Positions 39,371-51,713 of a DNA stretch of 64,000 nt are shown here, piece after piece. The notes beneath the pieces are model-generated. The model was not told the DNA's origin. It saw nothing but the letters and a program-made list of their open reading frames with translations, and did not search any database. This stretch comes from Botryllus schlosseri. Lineage: Eukaryota. Positions within the stretch are counted from its first letter, which is position 1. The number at the start of each line of letters is the position of its first letter. The DNA is taken from NCBI GenBank assembly GCA_051294905.1, contig CM119372.1:39248001-39312000 (forward strand), written 5' to 3'. Position numbers and translations under genes: made by a program.

Positions 39371-40794
39371 TTATCAATTACTACGAGATTTTGACACAGA
39401 AATAATATTAGCACTTAGTCGGTTTCTTGAATAAGGGCCGCGAATCCACGATGTGTATGTTTTATAATCACTTGACGATTTCAATTATTTCCATTGTTTT
39501 TATTCGTGTCAGATACCAACGCCACAAAACAGGCGACCTAAAACAGTGATCGGGCTACATAAGTTTAGGTAGCGATCATGTGGTGGGAACCACTGGATTA
39601 TCTCACTCCGCCAACTAGCCAAACCTCCGACACGCCGATATTTTTAATTAGTGAAGTACGGAAATATGTCTAATATGATTTATTCAATATTCAGATAATC
39701 ATCATTTACATGGCCCGTCGGCGATGAATATGCGCCACATTGTCCACTTGAAGATTCGGTTTCATTTGTAGGAAGACTGCGGGTTTACATCGTACAGTAT
39801 TTGCTCATTTTGCATTCCACGAAGCTGCGGTTACTTTATATATTTGACGATGTAGTAAAGGATATGGTAGCTTAACAGGCTTGACTACGAGCTTTGGTCA
39901 ATACCTCCACTGATAGTGTCCCTGATTGGTCTAGGTTTGTCAATAGAATATTATGTACCGAGATATGTTTTAATTATTCATAGTTTGCATTCCGCAATCG
40001 CCTTATCTGAAGATGCTTATCAGCTGCATGTATTCTGTGATCCACGTGAATTTTGTTGTTGTTTATGGTATCAATAGTGTTTTCCTACTACAATCGTCGT
40101 TCACGCCAGGCAGATATTATTATAATTTTGTAGTCGCCGACCTGTAGCACCGTGCTCTCCTATGTGCCTTTTAAGACACCGATTACGCGAGTCTGATGTC
40201 GAGGCGGAGCATAGATAAACCTTCAACACCTTGTTCGAACTTAAACCAACGAGCTATTGGTGTTTCAATTGTGGATCATACTACTATGCTATCAAGCCAT
40301 TGCATGAATTTGCTTCTAAATGCCGTAGTGGTCGCTTCTAAAAATAATTCCGGTGGATCATTTATAAGCTGGACCGTTTAATGCAGCGGTTTTCAAAGGA
40401 TGGGCCCTGGCCCACTGGTGGCCACAGGAGTTATTTGAGGTAAGTCACAGAGCTAATTGGAAAATTGTAGAACTAGTGAAAGTTTATTTATATTTGTTAT
40501 GTTCATATATTCACAAATATATTCATATTATCGAATTATACGTACGCTACATAAAGCATTTCACCCGATTCAGATCAGATGTAGTGGCACGTAAGGAGTA
40601 ACAATTTTCTAGTCGAAGATGGGAAAGGGAACGGCGGATTTTGTCATCCGGCTATAACGACCTACGGCCAAGAGCAATGAAAATAATTTCGATTATATAA
40701 TAACTGGAAGTTAATGCGGAAGTAACCAAGTATTCCGGGGGTGTCATATGTCGTATGCCCTTGCAAAAGATGTGCCTTAGACTCGTACTGAAGG

Positions 40795-41769
40795 CAGTGA
40801 TGGGATGACTCGAGTCATGACTTGACTCGAGTCAGACTCGAGTCAACTTTTTCGTATGACTTGACATGACTCGAGTCACGTTGCAAAAATGACTTGACTT
40901 GACTTGACTCGGCGCTTCAGAAATGTGGATTGACTCGTGACTCGGAGCAAAATTCACGAGTCAATTTCAAGTCATCAAGTAAACGGAGTCGATTAAATCT
41001 GAATCTTGTGTATGTTCGGATTGTTTGCGATACGCCGGTGTCACTTGTGAGAGAAATCGGTAGTCGCTGATTGTACCTTTCACTTATCCTCCATTGTTAC
41101 ATCACAAATAAATTAATCGCAAATGAAATGATCACAGCTTACGCTGTCGTAGTTCAGTAGTAGTATAGAATAACGTAATAGCAACGTATCTCTGTGCTTA
41201 GATTGCGCAGCACTCATCTTTACCAACCCTCTTCTATGATTTGAATCGAACGAATATAGTTCATGCGTTTATATTCTCACGGATGTGTAGATTGGAGGGT
41301 ACTGTGTTGTACCAAATCAATTTGTTTCAACTTCTCGAGGCTTCGTATTCGATCCGCAATTTTGGATGCTAATTTCAGACTGGATCATGTATCTCTACCG
41401 CTATACTCACGTATTTCAGTTCCACGTGTGTGTGAGTGATACAGCGCCTTTTTGCATGTATTTAACTTTATATTCGTTATTTGATTCATGATAAATGGCC
41501 AATTATTCTGTCTTTCACGCAGCGAGCAAAATGTAATGACTTTGAATCATCCATCATACTTCGAACATTCAATTTGACTTGAATTGTGACTTGACTCGTG
41601 ACTTGACTTGTCTTGACTTGACTTGACTCGAGTCACCTCCAAAAAACGAGTGACTTGACTTGACTCGAGTCACCTTCGAAAATCGATTGACTTGACTTGA
41701 CTCGAGTCAAAATGTGTAATGACTCGAGATGACTCATGACTCGAAGGTAGTGACTTGATCCCAACACTG
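40795..41769 (+). mobile_element. hAT-type MITE, GACTC/GACTT-repeat family
   Basis: TIR CAGTGATGGGAT...ATCCCAACACTG; TSD ACTGAAGG. Confidence 0.92.
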
Positions 41770-42551
41770 ACTGAAGGGTATTTGATGTAGATATATGGTA
41801 CTTCGGCAGGCCGATTTATTGTAACATTAAAATAACTGCAATTGCAGATCAATTATCAACTTCCCGTGGAAGTGTGCGTCCGGCCTCAAAGTCATTGTAC
41901 ATAATATAAGTAAGAGTAAGATGAATTGATTGTATCATTGGATTTAATTTTCTGACATCGCAACCACAATTGGTACAACACATGCCATGTACTGCACATT
42001 GTACGTACACAGCTAGCATATTAAAAAAATCTTTTTCCAGCACCTCTCTTTAGTGTTCCAGTCACCAGAGAATTGTTTGAAGCGGGTCCAGAATTGTTAT
42101 ATTATTGCCCACCATAGTGGAAATAAAACCGTAATCACACAGTGGATGCGGGGATTGTATCATTAGGTTCCACGACGTTGGACAAACAACAAAAGTGCAC
42201 AATAGTTTTACGATCTTGTACGGCCGTAACTGTCGCACCCCAAGCCACCAATCGCGGAGAGCTCGAAGGTACACAAATTATTTCGTAGGTTTTGTTTGCT
42301 GGAGATTTGTTTAATCTGAAAATTTTCGTCGAGCTTCGCGTGATTTCATATCCCTACGCGCCTACATTTGAATATGATTAGTAAGAGAAAAATGTGCATA
42401 TGTGAGAGAAATAGGCCACACATTGAACAGGACTATGACTTGAGGATAAGAGGTGGGCCACAGAACATATTCAAACCCAAGAATGGGCCACGGCCCAAAG
42501 AGGGTTGAGCACGCCTGGTCTAATGTGGTTATCGGATTCAGCAGTGACAAC

Positions 42552-42994
42552 TAGGGTTGTGTTTAAAACAAAAATCAATTTAAAACTTACATGTTTAAAA
42601 AATGGCCCTTGTTAAAAATGTTTTTTTATATGTTTTTTGAAGCCATGACATCACGCATATTCAATTGTGACGTCATAGTGGATTGATATTAGCAATTGAA
42701 AATATGGGGTAAATATAGCTCCTTTCACGAAATAGGCTTCCGACCCCTGTCATATTTGGACAAAAAATATCTTTAACCAGGACTACACCGTCATGAAGCA
42801 TTTTGACGGTCGGCGATCATCATCATCCGAACATTCATTCCATCGGCTATGCCCGGTGGTAATCGTCCGTAGGCTCATATACAACATGTTTTTTGGAAAG
42901 TAATACAAAATTATGGCATAAATATACAACTTGAAAAAAACATTTTTTTGAAGGCCTTTGTTTAAAACTACCATTTGTTTTAAATGCAACCCTA
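42552..42994 (+). mobile_element. TTTAAAAC-family MITE
   Basis: TAGGGTTGTGTTTAAAAC...GTTTTAAATGCAACCCTA; similar to 54434-54867; no TSD evident. Confidence 0.8.
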
Positions 42995-43489
42995 GTTAGA
43001 TGTGTGTGCTCCTGATATGAGTGATACTATTTTCAGCAAGAAATATTTTGTGTTTTTCAGTCGTATTTCGGTAACCATCACTCACAAAAAGTTACGAAAT
43101 TCATCAACTGGATGTGTACCAATTCATTTGATATCAGTGCAACTCGTTAAGTAACCTTATAGGTTTGCTACCGTCCTGGTTTAGAAATCGAAATGATGGA
43201 TTGTGTAACGCATGGAAATGCATGTGACAAAACCTGCTTTATTAACGTTTAGTGCTATATCAACTGATTGCACAATACCCCATCGTTCCAATGTTAAAAT
43301 GAAATTTCCGCTGCCGGGAATTACATATTGGATTTTCACGGTTTCACACTTTTGAAGCTACATTATATGGGCTCGACCTCTTGAAGTAGCTAATTATTTA
43401 ATTACTTAATTAATTATTATTAACAGATTGAAATTCTAGGATTGCCAGCGCTTAGCCTCGAAATATCTCACCAATGTGAATGAAGACAG

Positions 43490-44766
43490 CAGAGGTGGTC
43501 AAAGTAGTCAAGAAAGCTACTCAAGTAGAAGTAGAAGTAGCGACGAAAAAATCTACTCTAGTACGAGTAGAAGTACTTCTTCCATCAGTCACCTGAAACT
43601 ACTTGAAGTAGAAGTAGAATTGACCGACTTTAAATCTACTCAAGTAAGTAAGTAGTAGTGAAAACGATCCTGATTCGTTCACGTGGATTGTCAAAAGGTG
43701 CAAATTGAACTATGCGAAAAGTGCCGAGCTCGATTCATATTGATGCATACCAGGAGGTATCCAATTTTCGATAGCATAGGCATTCGTCCGCATCATGGGA
43801 TGAAAATGATACTATTGATATGGAAATGCGATACTAATCCGCTGTTTTCTCGAAGAGCACGTTTTAGAAAATATTGTGGTATGGCGCCCACCCCCATATT
43901 ATAAGGCCCGTAGTTTAGTCGAAGATTAATACGGAGAATTTGTATAGGATACGGTGTAAACACTTTGCGCGATAAGTTAACGTTATAAAAAATATGGTGG
44001 ACCGTAAAATGCCATGTTGTGTAGCTTTATTTCCGGAAATTAGAGGCATTACTACACTTGCTTTTATACTTCAACATGTATGTTATACAGACAAAAGAAC
44101 TGATAATCATTACAACTCAAAGTATATGATACTGGGAATTGAAAGTGGAATATAAATACTACTTCTAAAAGCGGAACATGTATTTCATGTCTTTAGTCCA
44201 GTAAGTTTCAAAGGCTGTATGCTAAAACAGCTCCGAAACTAAAAAAAGTCAGAGTCCACTTTTCCAGATTAGGACGCGCCATGGACATGCTAGATTACGA
44301 TATGATAAGTAAATGGTAGATTGCGAAACATCAGTCCAAACGTTGTGATGAGCCATATATATAGTGTGTTGAAATAATTCATGTGGGCGAAGGGCGACAA
44401 TGTGGTGTGAACGGAACCTAAATTATATTCACCGATACTTTCGTGAAATCACAGTGGCCACTCCGTATCGGATGCGCGCGAAGCGCGACGAAAATTCTGG
44501 GCTTTACTCAATTTTTATGAAAATTATATGTTAATTCTCCGTGAAAACAAACCCGAAATTCCTTAGACTATCTTCCTGATTGGAGGATTGAACTACTTCT
44601 ACTTGACAAACTGAAAATAGCGAAAAGTAAGTAAGTAGATAACAAAATATTACGAAGTAGAAGTAGAAGTAGAGAAATCAAATCTACTTGAGTAAGTACC
44701 AGAAGTAGATGCAAACTACTTGAGTACTTTTTAAAAGTAGAAGTACTTCGTTACTGACCACCTCTG
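43490..44766 (+). mobile_element. hAT-type element with AGTAGA repeats, second copy
   Basis: Same TIR as 35053-36338; TSD GAAGACAG/GAAGGCAG. Confidence 0.92.
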
Positions 44767-45002
44767 GAAGGCAGATATTGCGTCTGTATTCTAACTAAAA
44801 GCGAAGAGTAGACGTGATTAAGTTAGAGAATGCTTGGCCTATTTATACTATACGTATAATTGCTGATCCCAGCAGTTTACCGATAAAAATATTTGCCAAT
44901 CCCTGGCATCAATGGAACTAAATGTCGTGACTATTGATGTTCTTTATTGTTAGATAACTGTATTGGTAGACTTGCTGTGGGCGGTATGAGTATGACGTAG
45001 GT

Positions 45003-46521
45003 CAGGGGTCTCCAACACGCGGCCCGCGGGCCGCATGCGGCCCGTGAGGTCATATTTTGCGGCCCGCGACCTGATTTGAAATTTCGGAAGAAGGCTTAGT
45101 AAAGTATTTTGAAATGCTGAAATTGATTTCATTTTTTTAAACATATTGTTGTTGTTGTTCAAAGTAAGTTATTCTCCTGTGTCCAACATCACTATTCCTC
45201 ACTAGCTGATACGGCTTCGGCGATTGCATTATCATTCCATGGAGGAAGAACTTGTTGATATGACCATTCATATTTTCTTGATGGGCAATGGCCCACCACT
45301 GCCGAGACCGAGTCGCTTAGAAAACGACTTCGGGCTCCTCAAAAGATCAAGCTTTACGAGGAGATAGTTTTCCAGCAATAACCGTGTCCAGGCCATCCGC
45401 AGCCAATCTACGACAGTAGAAGAAACGAATTGACTCCCTAATTATTGAGAGATTTGAATTATTCTTGAAATATTCTCCGCGCTGCACGCGGTTCGATGCG
45501 AGTTTGGTTCCGATTTTAATATAGTAGTGTGCTTATTGTTATCTGAGCCGTACAGTACAGATGCGAACAGCAGAGGAAATTGATGCGCCACATAAAGAAA
45601 TACCTATTAGTAATCGTGTTCTCCTCGTGAAGGAAATTTGTTTCTGGTAGGCATACGTTTGGGCAAATCCAATATATTTCCACTATACCGACAATCCTGA
45701 TGTGAGGTCGAGAGATAGCAACATGTAACAAAGGGGACTAATAACAATTCGCCCTCGCAAAATGCAGCACAGCATTGATAACTTCGCTAAATGTTTGAAC
45801 ACACCCCCTGCATCAACTCTACCGGTGAATCTGATGACATGGGCTGAAAAAGGATAAATATTTGATAGTAAGGAAAATGGACGTAGTTTATTTTTGTCCT
45901 TGATGTTTTTTGCGGCATATACACCGACTCATGATACACATGCACACGATCTGCGCATGCATATGCATACCATGAGTGCATGATGTGCATATGCCGCTGG
46001 ACAAGGAAGGTACATATATAGCCTTGTATGGCTTTCTAAGTCTTTCACCACCTCTCCATACTATCCCATTATTGCATGAGCATCAAGCGGGGAAGTCATG
46101 GATACCAGTTTTACTGATCAGGTCTTTGGTCTGACCCGGCCGGGGATCGAACCCACGACCTACCGATCAAGAAGCCGGACGCTTTACCATTACGCTATCT
46201 CGTCGATAATAGGTGAATAATAAGTAATAGGTGAAACTATACTGATATTAATGACGAAATTTCTCATGGTTGCGGAAAAATTCTCGCGCTTCGCGCGTCT
46301 AGAAAACGAATCCCTTGACTATTCATAACATGACTACTCGCGATTTCGGTGTGCATAGTAAGCCGATATGAGTAAATAGATTAGTTTAGAGTTCACCGGC
46401 AACGGACAATGGACATGAAACTGCGTTGCCTATTATTATCTCCGTATTGAAGTCATGCGGCCCGCGGCCTCTACGAATTTCGAAAATTGGCCCGCGACTC
46501 ATTTTGAGTTGGCGACCACTG
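45003..46521. mobile_element. Charlie/Buster-like non-autonomous hAT
   Basis: CAGGGGTCTCCAAC...GTTGGCGACCACTG; TSD ACGTAGGT; GCGGCCCGCG motifs. Confidence 0.88.
45992..46204 (-). mobile_element. tRNA-derived SINE with MetaSINE-like core
   Basis: A box TAGCGTAATGG and B box GGTTCGATCCC, followed by CCGGGTCAGACCAAAGAC...AAAACTGGTATCC...CCCGCTTGATGCTCA, which resembles the Meta domain (from recollection); 3' end approximate. Confidence 0.7.
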
Positions 46522-47040
46522 ACGTAGGTAGAGACGGTCAAAGTAGTATGCTTTGGTACTCGAGTAGAATTAGAATAACCGCCGTAAACGTTTACTCAAT
46601 TAGAAAAAGGGTTTCATGTGAATTTAGTGAAATGACGTTCAGGATACTGATTAAAAGGTTGTTACGCATTCGCTACGCTATGCATACGCTACACATGCGC
46701 CAACATTTACGTGGTACTGTGCAGCAATCTGCGTCTTATCTAAATCGACTCATATTTGAATAAATTGATCAGTTTATTTTGCAGTTATACTTTCTTCTCA
46801 CTGCTGACGTGCATTATAAAAACGATGATGCATATTCTTGAAATCGCCCATTGAGGTTACTTGGCAAAACCTATTATTGATAAAAAATTTGTTTCACGCA
46901 AAATTTCTCGATTTAGTACACATATAGTAAGGTTGCATTTGAAAAAACTGTTGAACCGACTATTTGAGGGTTCCAACCATCACATATCGATATACGTCGG
47001 CTAAATCGGTTCGTAATTGTTCGAAGGCTCATACGACATG

Positions 47041-47817
47041 CAGAGTTGGACAACTAGAAAATTTTCCGCTTTTCCAAATTAGATTAGAATTAGAATTAGA
47101 GCCACACATTTTTTCCAAATTAGATTAGAATTAGAATTAGAATTAAAGCTACACAGATTTTCGAAATTAGATTAGAATTACTGAATTCGCAAAAAAAACT
47201 TGGAAATTGAATGAAATTGTGAATGAGAAATAAATACGGCAAAAAATCAAGCTCAGTTCATATCAAATGACAATGCGTTCCCATAACCATGAGAATGGCT
47301 AACGCCTGAACAGTGCACACCAAGCATGGCTCGCTTTGCACTCACTAGGGGTCACCAAGACGCGGGCCACATGCGGCCGGCGATCTGATTTGTGATTTTG
47401 GAAGAATGTAAAGTAAAGCATTTTGAAATGCTAAAATTAAATTCAGTTACAAATTATTATTGTTGTATAAAAATATGCTATTTGCCTGTGCCCAACAACA
47501 CTATTCCGCACTAGCTGAAACGGCCTCGGCGTTGTACTAACGCACGGCTAACATTAGTCACAATTACTACTATGATTGTAAGTACGGTATAAGTAATGCG
47601 ATGGTGGCTTGGCAGTGGATTTCCCTGCGCGAGAGGGATATTCTTGTTAACTCGCTGCAAAATTCCGTGCACAACTAGGTATTTTAAGGAAAACAATAAA
47701 TTAGATTAGAATTAGAACATACGACTTTGTCACAAATTAGATCAGAATTAGATTACTTGCATTTCACTCTAATTTAGTTGAATTAGAAAACTAAAATTAT
47801 CTCGTTGTCCAAGTCTA
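47041..47817. mobile_element. hAT-type MITE with TTAGA repeats, nested in a TTTAAAAC-family copy (~46860-48972)
   Basis: CAGAGTTGGACAAC...GTTGTCCAAGTCTA; TSD ACGACATG. Confidence 0.85.
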
Positions 47818-47931
47818 ACGACATGTTCTTTGGAAAGTATTTACACAAATATAGCATAATTTTACAACTTAAAAAAACACAATTTTTTTTAAGGCATTTG
47901 TTCAAAACACTGTTTAAAACATGTTTTAAAT

Positions 47932-48926
47932 CAGAGGTCTCAAACTCAAATGTGCTCGCGGGCCAATTTCCTACTTTTTGATGGCGCCGCGGGCCGCAGC
48001 ACCAATAATAGCGAAATTCTATATATATCCAAGTAAGCCTCATTTGAGGAGACCTTGCAGACTGACATTCCGCACGCATTGTGAAAATGTGATTTACTAT
48101 TGTGAATTTGCGCATGGCACGAAAAAATAACAATTTTAGATATTTGAATAATATTGTTATTGTACTTGGATAGTTTGTCAAAATATTTAATTGTAGACAC
48201 CATGCGAGAGCACAAATGCATCATGACATCGTAAAAGCTGTCGCGTTATAATTTTGCAGCTAGCGGACATTTGGCGTGTCGCAATTACAGGCAGAATTTT
48301 AGAATGTTACAAAGATTGATCTGATATCAGAGCATTGGAGCAGTACAGCCGAATTCGGGCTTCGGGTATACTCCTGATAACTAGGCCATTGATTATGTCA
48401 TTATCAAAGCCAAATTTAATCAGCGTTAGATTTACCTTCGAATAATTGAACAGATCAATAACAACAGACCAGTTTGATAGTGTTTTGCGTCCGTGGTTGT
48501 ACCAAGTCACGGCGTTCCGAGTCACAAAAGTCCTTCTCTGACTGAATCTTTTGACGCGACTCAACTCAACTCGAGTCATTTTCATTTTATCACCCATTGA
48601 GTCCGAGTTCGAGTAATTCTACAAAAGGTCGCGTCCAAGTCCAAATCACAATTTTCAGTACGAATCATAAACGGGTCATGTTTAACCATCATAGACATAA
48701 TGTCACGTAATAGGTAATCTTCCACTGCGTCGTAACTTTTGAACGTGATGTAATAATAGTGACGATTGATGAGTAGTTTCAGGTTTCTGAGTAGTTTTAG
48801 AGCGAATTTCAAGTTCTCAAATTAAAAACAGAATTGGTAGTTAAATATTGTCGAATACTTCGAAATCCTAAATGCCTTCGCGGGCCGCACAAAATGGTCT
48901 CGCTGGAAGCGTGTTTGAGACCTCTG
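47932..48926. mobile_element. Charlie/Buster-like MITE
   Basis: TIR CAGAGGTCTCAAAC...GTTTGAGACCTCTG; imperfect TSD TTTTAAAT/TTTCTAAT. Confidence 0.8.
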
Positions 48927-49071
48927 TTTCTAATAAATTGTTTTAAAACACCGTTAGTTTTAAATGCAACACAACAAATAGTGTATCCCAAGAAATATAA
49001 TACCACAGAGAATACCTAATGTGGACACTTCCACAGTTATCATCCACAGTGGTTATTATGTAGTCCTATAA

Positions 49072-49951
49072 CAGGAGCGGTCAACTTCTTCGGTTAGCGG
49101 GCCTATGGGAAAATGAAGTACTTGACCGGCCGGCTAATACAGCATCAATACACTAACTACGTATTTATCCATCTATACAAGGAATAAATCGTATTTAATG
49201 TAAACTAAAAGTTACAAGCATTGAGATCGAAAACATAATTTAATGAATATGTTAATCTAATGTACTTCAATATCTTTTGAAGTCAATCAGACATTTGCGA
49301 TCGATCAAAGCTGTCAACAAGTTCTTTGGACTCTGGCTACATGCCAGCCATCCGATAGTCGACAAGCATGTCACATTCAAGTCGAAATACAAGCAATCAC
49401 TAGTAAATAAATACTAGTCCATCCTCAAGATTACCGGACCACGACCTGAGCTATCGACCTCGCCGTCCATGACACGCCACCTCATTTTTGCCGCTTGTCG
49501 CTTTTTTCTATACTATTTTCTTTACTTTTCATTCAGTAAGCATGCCTCCTGTTTACCTCGCCTAGGCCAAGGTGGGTGTCAGATCCCAAAGACTACTCCA
49601 AGTCGCTTCGACACCTTCTTATCTTTTCATTGTATCGCATTTTGTGGTGAAGTGATAAAAAACCCTAATAAACCAATGATGATAATGATGTCGGAAATAG
49701 ATTGTAGAAACCCTTAGTAAAGACTGCATTTGAATATCAGTTAGATTGCAACGCAGTCTTGTCTTGGTAATCATTGTCAAAAATGTATGCAGAGCCGAAT
49801 AAAAAAAAAAAAAAAATCATAACCATCTTTTTCAGGTTGGAAAACTTGGATTCGTCTGTTATTACTTTCACATTAGAATTTCACTTTCAGGGTAGTAACC
49901 CTCTGAGGGCCGCTCAGAATCCCGGCGCAGGCCGTATGTTTCCTGCCCCTG
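49072..49951. mobile_element. Decayed Charlie/Buster-like element just upstream of the second GPCR pseudogene
   Basis: CAGGAGCGG...CTGCCCCTG; TSD TCCTATAA/TCCTATAG; GGGCC subterminal motifs. Confidence 0.65.
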
Positions 49952-50078
49952 TCCTATAGAATATTATCCTTTTGGTGAAATACTTCGAGTTCAATCTTTT
50001 CGCAGGTCCCATTACGTTTCAAGGATTCATCGTGTGATGAGCGAAAAATTGAATTGAATGTAACTCAGCGGATCCATA

Positions 50079-51125
50079 ATAAACGTAACCACAGATGGTG
50101 CTGATCCAGCCACAACGGTGTCATATGAAACCTCGGATTCTACTCTTCCACAAAGTTTGAGCGAGAAGGAATTGATCATGATCTGGAACGTATTCGGGAT
50201 AATTTGGGGTTTTGCTTTGATCGCCAATCTAATTTCGGTTGTAGCATTAAGTAGAACGAAACAAACGCTCCTCACTGTTATCATAATTGGCTTGTGCTGT
50301 TCCGATATTTTGTCAGCCCTCGCCTCACCGTTCATTGTTGGACGAATCGCGTACTCTGGCGCTAAGAAAGAATACCCGTGGAATGCCGTGATCGGCAAGA
50401 CAGCGATTTCGATGGGTTCAGTAACAGGTGCAGTTCCAATTCAGCTTGTACTTGCATTGTCAATTTGGAGATTTCATGTTATTCGCCGGTCTGTAATATC
50501 CATCGGAAGTATGACATTAGGGAGGGAAAAAAAATTGTGGTATTTGCCTGGATGATTTTGACAGTTATGTTCATGCCTCTTGGTGCATACTTCCTGGATA
50601 CTGTTCATTCTTCTTCTGAACCTGGAAAGCCAATATGCTTTACCACGAAGCATGGCCATTTGGATTGCTAATGTGTACAATTTCGCAGATCTCGTGATGA
50701 TGAATTTTATTCCGATAATTTTAATCTTTATGTTGTGTGTTGCGATCGGATTTGCGGCGCTTCGACAGAAAATGAAAAGACAGGAAATCACGGGAGACAA
50801 TCAGCTTCGTGTACAAGAGAAGCAGGCGTTGTTCCAATTATCTCTGATTGTCGTCTTTTTCCTGATCGGCTACCTTCCAAAGACCTTTCACATCATGTCG
50901 TATATTGTTGATTACAAAAATCAACGCGTCCTGACCATCTCTTATTTATGATCCCGTTACCTTTCGAATATCACAGAGTCTCTCGACCTGGTGGTATACA
51001 ACCTCACTTCGAAAAATATACGATCTTCTACAAAGGATATTGTTCGTCGCGCATCCTGTATTTGCAGACACCGCCCACAGGACAAACGTAATGGAGATAG
51101 TGTGGAAATGCAATGCAATGTGTGA
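50079..51125 (+). pseudogene. Class-A GPCR pseudogene, paralogue of 26355-27383
   Basis: Colinear over the full length; start codon position reads ATA; -1 frameshift in an A run at ~50530 and +1 at ~50654; TGA in TM7 (50949-50951); NPIIY replaced by DLVVY; ends QCNV* versus ECDV*. Confidence 0.92.
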
Positions 51126-51361
51126 CTATCGATCTGATTTGGTATAGCGCTGCTGTTTGGCTCATTTTCCTTTCATGAACTATATAATGGATATGCGTTA
51201 TTTAATTGATTAGGAAAGAAAATCATATATTTGGCGAATTTCCGGCATAACGTATAGTGCTGATGCGGTAAACAACAAATTTCGATGCAAAATATTGCTT
51301 CCAAACCTATTCCGATTATTAAAAACGCGTCTAATACGGCAATTCTTGTAAAGATTTATAC

Positions 51362-51713
51362 CAGTGGTTCCCAACGTGCGCGATATCGTCCCCCGGGGGA
51401 CGATTTTGAGAAGCATACAAGGGGGCGAAAATACCAATGGAGGCGATTGGAAAGGCGGGTAATTCTGTATATGGCGCGAAAGTTGACTAACCAAAAAGGT
51501 CAATTGAACGGAAAGTAGACACAGAAACCGGTTTTCCGAGCACCTACTCGCAAAAATTAGTTTTCTTTTTTAGTCAATTCACCAGTGATCAGAGTTTAGT
51601 GAATAAATTTCCCGGTAATATGCCCCGTTTTACGGATCCGTAAATATGGAGGGCGAACATCTGTGTCGAGCTTGATAAGGGGGCGATGGGTCGAAAAAGG
51701 TTTGAAACCATTG
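51362..51713. mobile_element. Decayed Charlie-like MITE
   Basis: CAGTGGTTCCCAAC...GTTTGAAACCATTG; GGGGGCGA motifs; TSD poor. Confidence 0.6.

Noticed and set aside
39680..39790. Minus-strand GHV.DDY..I* as a C-terminal hemITAM
   Set aside because: The third copy (21742-21939) continues past this point, and the coding frame is ambiguous
40795..41769. GACTCGAGTC/GACTT arrays as a CRISPR-like repeat
   Set aside because: No constant repeat-spacer period and no cas genes; the arrays lie inside TIR- and TSD-bounded elements
50027..50800. Minus-strand ORFs (also 4616-4942, 26534-27098 and 56390-56914)
   Set aside because: Antisense shadows of the plus-strand genes and pseudogenes
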